DNA of 64,000 nt from Escherichia phage vB_EcoM_G5211: the sequence record MK327947.1. One strand, written 5' to 3'. Each line of letters opens with the position of its first letter. Position 1 is the first letter of the stretch. The position numbers were made by a program, and so were the translations under genes. The notes under the pieces were generated by a model, which worked only from the letters and a program-made list of their open reading frames with translations, ran no database searches and was not told where the DNA came from. Below, piece by piece: positions 33,733 through 42,234 of this stretch.

Positions 33733-33885
33733 ATGAGTAAGAAAGAAAACAGCTATGTTATGACTCGTAAGGAATACAACGAATTGATGTTAGCATTAGC
33801 TTATGCAATTATTCGTTCTGATCATGCAATTAATCTGGTAAACAAAGTTAACCGTAGCGTTGATAATGTTTCTAGGAAGAAGTAA
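33733..33885 (+). CDS. Small hypothetical protein (50 aa)
   Basis: Strong RBS aaggagg 7 nt upstream of ATG; followed by UUCG-type hairpin terminator; below the 60-aa cutoff of the ORF track. Confidence 0.4.
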   Translation: MSKKENSYVMTRKEYNELMLALAYAIIRSDHAINLVNKVNRSVDNVSRKK

Positions 33886-33894
33886 GTTTATTTT

Positions 33895-33916
33895 GGAATC
33901 CTTCGGATTCCTTTTT
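33895..33916 (+). terminator. Rho-independent terminator (ggaatcc-ttc-ggattcc + T-run)
   Basis: Perfect 7-bp stem with TTCG-type loop followed by TTTTTCTTTTT. Confidence 0.6.
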
Positions 33917-33923
33917 CTTTTTG

Positions 33924-33931
33924 TATAAATA
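33924..33931 (+). promoter_or_regulatory. T4-type late promoter TATAAATA upstream of gene 24
   Basis: Exact TATAAATA about 38 nt upstream of ATG at 33969. Confidence 0.6.
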
Positions 33932-33968
33932 TGATATATCCATTAAGGCAAATACAGGATTCATAAAC

Positions 33969-35210
33969 ATGACTCATATTTTTACTGAACTGTTGCGGGA
34001 ATCTACTTCCTCAGTAGCTAACCAGACAGCGCGACCGCAACTATTATCATTAACTCGCGCGGTAAACAACCTGATTTTCTCTGATCTGGTAGCAATCCAG
34101 CCAACGGATCAACCAGTATCTGCATTGTACGGCCTACGTTATCTTAATCGTGATGGTCAGATGACTTTCCGAACTGCTGCGACCTACGGTGGCGCGGCTG
34201 GTGATCGCACAGAGATTGAAGAGTTTTCAAAAGAAAAATCTTATGACGAAGGCGCACTGTTCAAATCAGGCGATGTTGTATACGAAGTTGTGACCGCTGG
34301 TACAGTCGGTGAAGATGCCGAAACTCCAGAATCTGCAATCTTTAAAGGCGTAATGACAAACAAAATTCGTTTCTATAGCGATTGTGCATCGGTAGAATAC
34401 TTTGAAGATAAAAACACCGAAATTGCGTCTACCTCTATGCAGTTTGACAAGTGGCAAGTTAATGTAGGTTCTCGTAAACTGAAAACCTCGTTCACCACTG
34501 AATTAATGCAGGATCTTGAGGCAAGCCAAATCAACTCTGAAAACTCTGTAATTGATCTTCTGGCTACTGTTGCTTCCGAAGAGATCAACAAAGATATTAT
34601 TCAGAAGTTGATCACTGTATCATCTCGCTATAAAATTAAAGGGATCACCCCTGATGGCGTACTTTCTCTCGTTAGCGTTCAGGATGCACCAACACAATCG
34701 CGTGAACTTTACCGCTATGCTTGCGAGATGAGCAATCAAATGTTGCGGACTTCCTCCTTTGCTGGTACATACGTTTTGGCGTCTTCTCGCGTGGTTGGCC
34801 TCCTGCAATCATCCGGTTGGATGGAAGAAACCGACAATGCTCTAAGCGAAGGTCGTCTACGTTGCGGTCTGGAAGTGTACGCAGACACGACAACACCTTT
34901 CGATTATATGCTCGTTGGTTGTAAGCACATGATCGGTGATATGGAGAGTGTCGGTTCTCTGTTCTACTCCCCATATACAGAAGCCGACGGCGCTGGCGCG
35001 TATAAGAGCGTAATTGACCCTAATAGCTTCCAGCATCATGTAGCTATTATGAATCGTTATTCACTCTCTGTCAACCCATACACATCAAAAGTTGATCAGG
35101 AAGAACACCAGGTCATCAAGGGTGACGATTGGGGTAAAATGGCTGGACGTTCAGAAATGTCCTACATTTTAGGAATCGAACTGCCACCACTTGAGATTGA
35201 CAACGCTTAA
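33969..35210 (+). CDS. 24: gp24 capsid vertex protein
   Basis: N-terminus ELLRESTSS...ARPQLLSLTRA parallels T4 gp24; ATG at 33969 preferred over TTG at 33921. Confidence 0.85.
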   Translation: MTHIFTELLRESTSSVANQTARPQLLSLTRAVNNLIFSDLVAIQPTDQPVSALYGLRYLNRDGQMTFRTAATYGGAAGDRTEIEEFSKEKSYDEGALFKSGDVVYEVVTAGTVGEDAETPESAIFKGVMTNKIRFYSDCASVEYFEDKNTEIASTSMQFDKWQVNVGSRKLKTSFTTELMQDLEASQINSENSVIDLLATVASEEINKDIIQKLITVSSRYKIKGITPDGVLSLVSVQDAPTQSRELYRYACEMSNQMLRTSSFAGTYVLASSRVVGLLQSSGWMEETDNALSEGRLRCGLEVYADTTTPFDYMLVGCKHMIGDMESVGSLFYSPYTEADGAGAYKSVIDPNSFQHHVAIMNRYSLSVNPYTSKVDQEEHQVIKGDDWGKMAGRSEMSYILGIELPPLEIDNA

Positions 35211-35798
35211 CTAAATATCTAACCAAGACAAGTCAGATCCGCCAAAGATTTTTTCGACGGCGGATCTATTTTCTTGATGATATAAGTTAAAACATGGTAT
35301 CCCATGTCTACGGGCAACATAAACAGCAATTCTAGTTCCTCCCGAAACGATTCCATTAACTTCTTTCGCCCAAAATATCACACAATCTACAGGGTCATCA
35401 AGTGTCTCACCTAAGACTTGAGCAACATTTCTAGAAAACAGATTTTGCATGTATAACGGTATAGAACGAGGATTATCATAAACGTGTTCTAATTCATCCA
35501 TCGCCAGATTTTTTTGTTCTAAGGTTTGCCATGCAATCACATCATGACCGTTATGCTTGTGGTCATAAAACTTCCAATTTGGAATGAAAATTTTTCTATA
35601 ATCTGGATCGTAATACTTCATGAAAGCATTGTCCATACCGTAAGCCCCTCCAGAATGCGCTACAACGCGATTTTCTGACAATACCCTCCCAATGGTACTA
35701 GCCATTATCAAAATGTCGCTAGGCGCTTTTCTAGAGCCTATTAAAGCACATCTACGAAGTGGTTTTACTCCAAATAGATCTTGTAACTGGTCAAACAT
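35211..35798 (-). CDS. DprA/Smf-like (SLOG superfamily) Rossmann-fold protein
   Basis: Motifs LIGSRKAPSD, VVAHSGGAYGMDNAF and FSRNVAQVLG resemble DprA core; 195 aa; occupies T4 rnlB position. Confidence 0.5.
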   Translation of the reverse strand: MFDQLQDLFGVKPLRRCALIGSRKAPSDILIMASTIGRVLSENRVVAHSGGAYGMDNAFMKYYDPDYRKIFIPNWKFYDHKHNGHDVIAWQTLEQKNLAMDELEHVYDNPRSIPLYMQNLFSRNVAQVLGETLDDPVDCVIFWAKEVNGIVSGGTRIAVYVARRHGIPCFNLYHQENRSAVEKIFGGSDLSWLDI

Positions 35799-35925
35799 AA
35801 TATTTCCTCCATAGAAAGCAATATCATACTACAAGTTAATAACAAATACAAGTATCCGCGTAGCGGAAGCGAGCACAGCGAGCAATAAAAACACTTCCAG
35901 TAATTGATTAATAAATGTTCGAAAC

Positions 35926-35976
35926 AAATTTTTATTATTCTATAAGATAAGTCTTCGTTTTGATCATAATTTAATC
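35926..35976. repeat. Intergenic repeat copy A (aaatttttattattc...cttcgttttgatcataatttaatca)
   Basis: 25-mer cttcgttttgatcataatttaatca identical to 36102-36126; 5' 15-mer identical to window positions 1-15. Confidence 0.6.
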
Positions 35977-36082
35977 ACACATGTAAAAACTACACAAAAG
36001 GATATCGCTTCGCGAACTCCTACGGAGTATAACATTTGTGTTACAATATGTAGTGATTAATAATTAACCAAAGATACATTTT

Positions 36083-36126
36083 CTATGTTCTAAAGATCTT
36101 TCTTCGTTTTGATCATAATTTAATCA
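36083..36126. repeat. Intergenic repeat copy B (tctaaagatctttcttcgttttgatcataatttaatca)
   Basis: Shares a 23-mer with window 14-36 and a 25-mer with copy A. Confidence 0.6.
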
Positions 36127-36180
36127 AACAGTATTAATATTGTGCACATGTAAACTAAAATTATGTTAATAACATATACA

Positions 36181-36205
36181 AAAAAAGCCGCCCCGAAGGA
36201 CGGCT
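36181..36205 (-). terminator. Rho-independent terminator (minus strand)
   Basis: A-run then hairpin agccgcc-ccgaagg-acggct, i.e. hairpin + U-run on minus strand; near-identical copy at 37335-37360. Confidence 0.6.
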
Positions 36206-36213
36206 AATGTTAA

Positions 36214-36651
36214 TTATTTGTTGATAACGATCTGATTTCGGCGAATGGTAACATTACTCTTAGAGATGATCAGATCATCCGGCACTACGTTAGTTTTGTA
36301 TGGTTGGAAGCGAACAAGCATCTGATTGCGTTTAGACCCTTCCTTAATCTTGATTTCCATCTGGATATTGTTGCCTACGTGAGCAACCGCAATTTCACCT
36401 TTATTCTCATAGACCCACTTGCTGGTAACGTCTCCAGCAAAAGCCTTAATAACTTGCAATGCTTCGTCGTATGCGGTAGAGCTGTGAACTTTCAGAAGGC
36501 CAGCCGTAGCAAGACGGGAGCAGGTGATCGCCGGAGATTGCCAAACATCAACATTAATTTGCTCAATCAGAGTAACACCGCCCTGATCAACTGCTTTGAA
36601 TGCTTCGAACATTGCCTTTTTCATTGCTACGTGGTTTTTACGGAATTTCAT
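36214..36651 (-). CDS. Hypothetical protein (145 aa)
   Basis: ORF with terminator downstream. Confidence 0.45.
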   Translation of the reverse strand: MKFRKNHVAMKKAMFEAFKAVDQGGVTLIEQINVDVWQSPAITCSRLATAGLLKVHSSTAYDEALQVIKAFAGDVTSKWVYENKGEIAVAHVGNNIQMEIKIKEGSKRNQMLVRFQPYKTNVVPDDLIISKSNVTIRRNQIVINK

Positions 36652-36697
36652 AATTAGTCACCTCTATTGATTAGTTATTCAGAATATTAATTACAAA

Positions 36698-36973
36698 TCA
36701 GGACATTGCCCGTTTGAATGCGTCCATTATAACAGTGTTATTTGGCTTGTCAACACGTTTTTGAACTTTATTTTTAAATTTTTTGTTGATGTGGTGTTTA
36801 CGATAAACAACCTTTTCACGGTTGGCGTAAGCCTCGCGTGCATCTTTTACCATCAACCATGCCTTAGCCGCATCTTGTCCGCTGATCCCGCCAATCTTTT
36901 TAGCAATATCAACAAAATTAAGACCGTGGTCTTCTCGTAGCATGTAAACCATTAACGCTGTTTTCTTGTCCAT
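36698..36973 (-). CDS. Hypothetical protein (91 aa from internal ATG of the 127-aa ORF)
   Basis: ATG at 36973 overlaps the stop of the upstream ORF (ATGA), suggesting translational coupling; longer ORF 36698-37081 is the alternative. Confidence 0.4.
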   Translation of the reverse strand: MDKKTALMVYMLREDHGLNFVDIAKKIGGISGQDAAKAWLMVKDAREAYANREKVVYRKHHINKKFKNKVQKRVDKPNNTVIMDAFKRAMS

Positions 36974-37170
36974 CACTTCGCCCCATTGACGATTAACAGG
37001 ATAGTGATCAGCACCGGAAACTGGATCATGATAGTGCCAATAAACCGGATAAACGCATTTTCTGACTTCCACACATGACATGCGACTAGCTGATATACCA
37101 TTGTTGCCACCAAAGCCAGAAAATACATCTCGATTGGTGTTTCTTTGATCAATCGTACAATCTCATTCAT
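36973..37170 (-). CDS. Small hydrophobic (probable membrane) protein, 65 aa
   Basis: Hydrophobic stretch FLALVATMVYQLVA and C-terminal FPVLITILLIV; preceded by strong promoter. Confidence 0.4.
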   Translation of the reverse strand: MNEIVRLIKETPIEMYFLALVATMVYQLVACHVWKSENAFIRFIGTIMIQFPVLITILLIVNGAK

Positions 37171-37297
37171 ACTTCACCTCATACATTCATAAACACAACA
37201 ACGAATAATACAGTAACAGTTATCAACGCCATTTTCAACCCCACATTCATAATATTTTCTTCGCCTCACTATGGACAGTAGCATGTCGATGTGTGCC

Positions 37298-37325
37298 ATT
37301 ATAGGCATCTAAATCGCTCTGTCAA
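37298..37325 (-). promoter_or_regulatory. Sigma70-type promoter on minus strand (TTGACA, 16 nt, TATAAT)
   Basis: Reverse complement of tgtcaa at 37320-37325 and attata at 37298-37303. Confidence 0.6.
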
Positions 37326-37334
37326 GCACAAAAA

Positions 37335-37360
37335 CAAAAAAGCCACCCCGAAGGATGGCT
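37335..37360 (-). terminator. Rho-independent terminator after hoc (minus strand)
   Basis: A-run + hairpin agccacc-ccgaagg-atggct; paralog of 36181 terminator. Confidence 0.6.
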
Positions 37361-37371
37361 GATATATTTCA

Positions 37372-38586
37372 TTAAGCAGGATGCATTTCACGAATGCGTA
37401 GAACTCGCTCTAACGTCTCTCGGTCCAGTTTATGTAACTCTTTGGAATGATACATGAAACCATTGCGAGATTCCATGCAAGTGCAATCACTATATTTTTC
37501 TTCCGCTGCCGCGATTGTCTCCAGATCTTTGGCGTACTTGCTGGTTGAATAAACTTCTCGATCACGCCACTCTAACCCAGCCTCATTGAATTTAACAATC
37601 TCGTCAAATACCCACCATCCAATGTAGATAAATGAAGTTTTGCGCCACGGGATCGGGTGTACGTAACGAAACATTTTAACAACTTCCATTGAACATTTTC
37701 GGCTTGTACTTGCTGCAACTTCTACTGTTTCATCTTCGATCTGTTGATATAGTTTAGCAACACACCAGAATTTGGCTGTGTCATCGTAAGTAGCACTCTC
37801 TTTGAACAGATGACCGTCTGGCATGATAGAAAATCCTTCCAGTGCTTCGCCGGCCTCACTACCGATTAGAGTCGGTGACGGTTGCCCTTCGCGCTGCAAA
37901 TACCAGTTATATTTGATCGTCAAATTAGGCATACCGCTAGAATCGCCTACAATGTCCTCTGACACAACATAATTAAGTGATATCTCATTACCTAGTGCCA
38001 CGGTCTTTGATTCCACCACATCCTGATCTACGTTCATTGTTGCCAGCATGATTTTAGTCGATGCGCTAGCGGCTGAATCTTCCGACTCACCCCACACTTT
38101 TACAGTATACAAGCCGTTTTTATCTGCTGTAAATTCTCGGATTGTAATATCCTGTTTTGTGTCTATAACGTCTTCGCCCTTACTCCAACTATAATGTAGT
38201 TCATAGTCGTCTGCTGGAGTCTTCCCACCAGAAAATTTTACTGTTGCATGTAATTCTACGTCTTTTTGTGATGATACGTAAAAATGCTGCGGTTCGGTGA
38301 TATTTACGATTAATTCAGCTTCTTCCATGAGGAAAACTTCAGATTCTACTGATTCCGTCGTATCGGTATCTTGTACCGTTACTTTATAGCTACCCGCATT
38401 TTCACTTGTTGCGTCTGCTACAGTTAGCGTAGCTGTGTTATTTTCATGCGGTTGGTCGTCTTTTGTCCATGTATATGTCAAATTGCTGGGTAATGGTTCG
38501 TCACCCGCTACAGTCGCCGTTAAGGTGAAACCATCTCCAGCAAGAAAACATCTTTTGTTAGATTGTATTGATACTGTGAAAGCCAT
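37372..38586 (-). CDS. hoc: Hoc-like outer capsid decoration protein with Ig-like repeats
   Basis: 404 aa; repeated Ig-like segments (YTWTKDD...TLTV...NAGSYKVTV; HYSWSKGE...YTVKVWG); position as in T4. Confidence 0.75.
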   Translation of the reverse strand: MAFTVSIQSNKRCFLAGDGFTLTATVAGDEPLPSNLTYTWTKDDQPHENNTATLTVADATSENAGSYKVTVQDTDTTESVESEVFLMEEAELIVNITEPQHFYVSSQKDVELHATVKFSGGKTPADDYELHYSWSKGEDVIDTKQDITIREFTADKNGLYTVKVWGESEDSAASASTKIMLATMNVDQDVVESKTVALGNEISLNYVVSEDIVGDSSGMPNLTIKYNWYLQREGQPSPTLIGSEAGEALEGFSIMPDGHLFKESATYDDTAKFWCVAKLYQQIEDETVEVAASTSRKCSMEVVKMFRYVHPIPWRKTSFIYIGWWVFDEIVKFNEAGLEWRDREVYSTSKYAKDLETIAAAEEKYSDCTCMESRNGFMYHSKELHKLDRETLERVLRIREMHPA

Positions 38587-38851
38587 ATAAAGCCACTCCC
38601 ATCGAAAATCCGAATTTAATTAATTGAAATAGTTGATTGTCATCAACCAGATAACCATTGCGAGATTCCAATACATGAGTATTAGAATAGTGATGCAACG
38701 AGGCCGAAATAGTATCGATCTCGTCTGGGTATTTGTTCTGTTTGATGTAATACATTGATTTTGTTAGACATGTAGTATCCTCTTTTTAATTGCATAACGG
38801 AACTACAATTAAAATTATAACAAATATTTCACAACTTTTATCACCCAAAAA

Positions 38852-39580
38852 TTACTTGAGTGTGTGGAATTGGCTATGTTTAGTCTCTCGCACCTTGACA
38901 GACCCATCGCGTTTGATATAATAGATCAGTGACTTGAGGGTGTCGTGTACATACGCGTGCGGGAAACGCTCTGGATACTTCTTCCAATCTGGAGTATTAA
39001 CGATCCAGTCGAAAATCCACCACGGGCAGGAGTAGTAACCACGACCGCCACCGATCAAGCAAATGGTTGGACGGAAGCCGGTAAGATCGCAAAATGAATC
39101 AGTGTCATGTGCTGGGGAACGATGTTCTGCTTCGTCAGATAAAATGTTGGCTACCTGAGATTCCACTTTAACTTCCGGTACAACCACAATTTCAACTGGT
39201 ACTGTGTGTGGTTTGGCTTCTTCTACAACTGTAACTGTAACTGTAATTGGTTCTTCTTTTTGTTCTGGTTCTTTCATTGCTTCAACCAGAGACGGATCAA
39301 CTTCGTCGAATACTACTTTATCATCTGCGGTATCTGCTGCCAGAATAAGATCGTTAATACTGGTTCCTTCTGCCGGAGTTTCTTCTTCCATTTCGGATGC
39401 CAGTTTAGTTAATTCTGTTTCTACGAACTCGATCATGTTCTCTAGTGATAGCGTCTTTTTGACCTTGATGTCAAATTGTTTTGCGTAGTCCGCTAATTCT
39501 GTTTTAGCGGCTTTCTGTGCTTCTTTGTCGTCGGACGCCGCAATAGCGCGGAGTTCTTCGAAATATTCTTTATCAAACAT
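38852..39580 (-). CDS. Hypothetical acidic protein; possible Inh-like head protein by position
   Basis: 242 aa; acidic low-complexity centre; C-terminal WWIFDWIV motif resembling Hoc WWVFDEIV; adjacent to hoc. Confidence 0.4.
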   Translation of the reverse strand: MFDKEYFEELRAIAASDDKEAQKAAKTELADYAKQFDIKVKKTLSLENMIEFVETELTKLASEMEEETPAEGTSINDLILAADTADDKVVFDEVDPSLVEAMKEPEQKEEPITVTVTVVEEAKPHTVPVEIVVVPEVKVESQVANILSDEAEHRSPAHDTDSFCDLTGFRPTICLIGGGRGYYSCPWWIFDWIVNTPDWKKYPERFPHAYVHDTLKSLIYYIKRDGSVKVRETKHSQFHTLK

Positions 39581-39606
39581 GTTATTCTCCTGATTGGGGG
39601 TGTTTG

Positions 39607-39614
39607 TATAAATA
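39607..39614 (+). promoter_or_regulatory. Late-promoter-like TATAAATA upstream of Seg-like gene
   Basis: Exact TATAAATA about 39 nt upstream of ATG at 39653. Confidence 0.4.
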
Positions 39615-39652
39615 TTTGTATACTGTATTTATTGCATACGGAGATTTTTACT

Positions 39653-40384
39653 ATGGCTAAAAGATTTCATTATGTTTATGAGATAAAGAATCTTGTAAAC
39701 GGCAAGCTGTATATAGGTAAACATTCTACTAACAATATGCATGATGGATATATGGGGTCTGGTGACCTTCTTCGTGCTGCATTTGAAAAATATGGCATTG
39801 AGAACTTCGAGAAGCGCATATTAAAAATGTTTGATACCGAGCAGGATGCTTACCTATACGAGAAAGAACTTGTCACTGTTGACATTGTAAAAGATCCCAA
39901 TTATTATAATGTAGTTACTGGCGGTCGTTATGACGGAGACCAGGTATACTCAGACTCTGTACGCGCTAAAATGTCTTCTTCTGCCAAAGAGCGCGTAGAA
40001 CGTGATATGAAAACTGGAAAACTAAAAAAAGCAATAGTAGGTATGCGAGAGAGTGTTTCCGGTAGCTCATGGTATAATGACGGTGTTAAATCTATACGAG
40101 TTCGAGATGGAGAAACTCCACCTGACGGATTCGTCAAGGGTAATTTACATGCTGGGTGGGACCATATAGAATGGACGGAGGAACGCAAAGCCGCTAACAG
40201 GGAAATATGTCTAAGACAAGTCCAAAAGGATCGTGAGTCCGGTGCTCTCGCCGAGCGTGTAGCAAGGCTTAACGATTTTCATACTGGCAGTAAGTGGTAT
40301 AACAACGGGGTAGTTAATAAGGTCGTGAAACGCGGTGACACCCCTCCTGATGGTTTTGTTCTTGGAAAACTTGTTAAAAGGTGA
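39653..40384 (+). CDS. Seg-type GIY-YIG homing endonuclease (SegE-like position)
   Basis: GIY-YIG core HYVYEIKNLVNGKLYIGKHS...YMGSG...EKYG; repeated WYNxGVxxxxVxxGxTPPDGFV modules; between hoc/inh and uvsW as T4 segE. Confidence 0.8.
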   Translation: MAKRFHYVYEIKNLVNGKLYIGKHSTNNMHDGYMGSGDLLRAAFEKYGIENFEKRILKMFDTEQDAYLYEKELVTVDIVKDPNYYNVVTGGRYDGDQVYSDSVRAKMSSSAKERVERDMKTGKLKKAIVGMRESVSGSSWYNDGVKSIRVRDGETPPDGFVKGNLHAGWDHIEWTEERKAANREICLRQVQKDRESGALAERVARLNDFHTGSKWYNNGVVNKVVKRGDTPPDGFVLGKLVKR

Positions 40385-40388
40385 TGTG

Positions 40389-41891
40389 ATGCAAGATATT
40401 CATGTGCATTTTATGAATTATAGTTTTGTTAAAATTGAATGTTCTGATTCAATATCTATGGAATTACGAGACTATTTTTCTTTTGAGATTGAAGGTGCAA
40501 GATTTAATCCTCGTTATCGCTACGGGCAATGGGATGGGCGAATCCGGCTATTTACCTATGAAAACACTCTTCCTATCGGACTGATCAAAACTTTGGGTAT
40601 CTTTGCTAAGAATATGAGCTATTCTGTTTGGATTGATCCCCGTCTTCTGGAAAAGGAGAAAATCACTAAAGAAGATATTGATAGTTGGATCGGTTCGTTG
40701 GCGATATATTCTGGCGCTAATAAGATCACCCCTCATTGGTATCAAAGTGAAGCTGTATTTCAGGGTATACATAATCGTCGTAGAATGTTAGTTTTGCCTA
40801 CTTCTGCTGGTAAAAGTTTGATTGCTTGTTTATTATCTCGATGGTATCTGGAAAACTACGAGGGAAAGGTACTAATCATCGTTCCAACTACTTCTCTTGT
40901 TCTCCAGATGCGTGATGACTTTATTGATTATAGGCTATTCCCTTTTGAGGCTATCCATACAATGATGAGTGGTAGCCAAAAACATCCAGGGGAACGATTG
41001 ATAACTGTTTCAACTTGGCAATCTGCGTGTAAGATGCCTAAAGAGTGGTTCCAGCAATACGGAATGGTTATTGTCGATGAATGTCACAAAGCAACCGCCA
41101 AAAACCTTCAAAATATTGTAAATGATATGACTCATTGCCAATTTAAGATTGGTATGACTGGTTCACCTCGTGACGGTAAGTGTAATGCTTTACAATATGT
41201 TGGATTATTTGGCGATATATCTAGGATCGTAAGTATTGATCGTCTTATGGATGAAGGACAAGTTACAAAACTGAAAATTAACTGTCTATTCCTAAAATAT
41301 ACTGACGATGAATGTACGTCGATTAAGGGGAAAGAATACGCGGAAGAGATCAAATATATAACTTCACACGGTAGACGGAATAAGTTTGTGTGTAATTTGG
41401 CACTAAAACTAGCTAAGAAGGGCGAAAACGTATTCCTGATGTTCCGCAATACTAAGCACGGAAAACTTATGTATGACGCGTTACAGAAGGTACACGACAA
41501 GGTTTATTATATTGACGGTGGAGTTAAGACAGAAGAACGTGATGAATTTAAGAAATTAGCGGAAGGGGAAACAGGGATCATTTGTGTTGCTTCCTATGGT
41601 GTTTTCTCTACTGGTGTTTCAATTAAGAATTTGCACCATGTTATTTTCGGTCATCCCGTGAAGGAATCAACTATCGTTCGTCAGAGTATCGGTCGTGCAT
41701 TGCGTAAACATGGTTCTAAGGATATTGCAACGGTCTGGGATCTTATAGATCATCTGGCGGTGAAGACAAAGAGCAATAATGCTAAGAAACAGTTTAGCCA
41801 CCTTAATTATGCTCTTAAACATGCGCTTGAAAGAATAAAAATTTACAACACCGATCGATTCGAATATGTCACGAAAACAATCGAGATTTAA
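40389..41891 (+). CDS. uvsW: UvsW DNA/RNA helicase
   Basis: N-terminus and core parallel T4 UvsW (HWYQ...RRRMLVLPTSAGKS, DECH box, VASYGVFSTG...KNLHHV); ATG 40389. Confidence 0.9.
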   Translation: MQDIHVHFMNYSFVKIECSDSISMELRDYFSFEIEGARFNPRYRYGQWDGRIRLFTYENTLPIGLIKTLGIFAKNMSYSVWIDPRLLEKEKITKEDIDSWIGSLAIYSGANKITPHWYQSEAVFQGIHNRRRMLVLPTSAGKSLIACLLSRWYLENYEGKVLIIVPTTSLVLQMRDDFIDYRLFPFEAIHTMMSGSQKHPGERLITVSTWQSACKMPKEWFQQYGMVIVDECHKATAKNLQNIVNDMTHCQFKIGMTGSPRDGKCNALQYVGLFGDISRIVSIDRLMDEGQVTKLKINCLFLKYTDDECTSIKGKEYAEEIKYITSHGRRNKFVCNLALKLAKKGENVFLMFRNTKHGKLMYDALQKVHDKVYYIDGGVKTEERDEFKKLAEGETGIICVASYGVFSTGVSIKNLHHVIFGHPVKESTIVRQSIGRALRKHGSKDIATVWDLIDHLAVKTKSNNAKKQFSHLNYALKHALERIKIYNTDRFEYVTKTIEI

Positions 41892-41896
41892 TAAAT

Positions 41897-41920
41897 AGGG
41901 GCTTTAATGCCCCTTTATTC
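41897..41920 (+). terminator. Rho-independent terminator after uvsW
   Basis: Hairpin aggggc-tttaat-gcccct followed by T-rich tract. Confidence 0.6.
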
Positions 41921-41934
41921 TACGGAGATTAAAA

Positions 41935-42171
41935 ATGATTAGCTTTAAACGTTTTTTGGTTGAGGCCGCTATTGACGGTTTCATGCGTAAGATTTATTCT
42001 TGTAATACTATCGAGGGATTAAATGAACTTGAGGCATATTATGAGAAGCGCAAGAAAGAAACAGAATTGAAACCTGCTGATGATATTTCGATCCGTGATG
42101 CCATCGCTGGACGCCGTAAGCAATTGGAAGCGGACAACGAGCCAGAAGAGGAGCCGGAAGAGGATTTTTAA
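41935..42171 (+). CDS. UvsW.1-like small protein
   Basis: 78 aa ORF directly downstream of uvsW as in T4; acidic C-terminus. Confidence 0.5.
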   Translation: MISFKRFLVEAAIDGFMRKIYSCNTIEGLNELEAYYEKRKKETELKPADDISIRDAIAGRRKQLEADNEPEEEPEEDF

Positions 42172-42175
42172 GATA

Positions 42176-42201
42176 TAAAAAAGCCCCATCAATGATGGGG
42201 C
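42176..42201 (-). terminator. Rho-independent terminator (minus strand)
   Basis: A-run + hairpin gccccatc-aat-gatggggc; resembles the hairpin at 369-385. Confidence 0.55.
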
Positions 42202-42234
42202 AAAATAAACCAATTAAAATCGGTTATCAACAAA

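Noticed and set aside
33921-33968. TTG-initiated N-terminal extension of gene 24 (ORF track start 33921)
   Set aside because: The extension overlaps the TATAAATA late promoter and terminator T-run; ATG at 33969 gives an N-terminus matching T4 gp24.
35236-35266. Inverted repeat gatccgcc...ggcggatc that looked like a terminator between gene 24 and the DprA-like gene
   Set aside because: It lies inside the C-terminal coding sequence of the minus-strand ORF 35211-35798 and has a 15-nt loop.
33234-36213. tRNA or other structured RNA genes in the larger intergenic regions (33234-33968, 35799-36213)
   Set aside because: No cloverleaf-compatible sequence with conserved tRNA features was seen by eye; needs tRNAscan or Infernal to exclude.
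38558-38755. 65-aa ORF overlapping the 5' end of hoc
   Set aside because: Overlaps the hoc start by 29 nt in another frame and has no recognisable RBS; could be a hoc.1-like gene, but evidence is insufficient.
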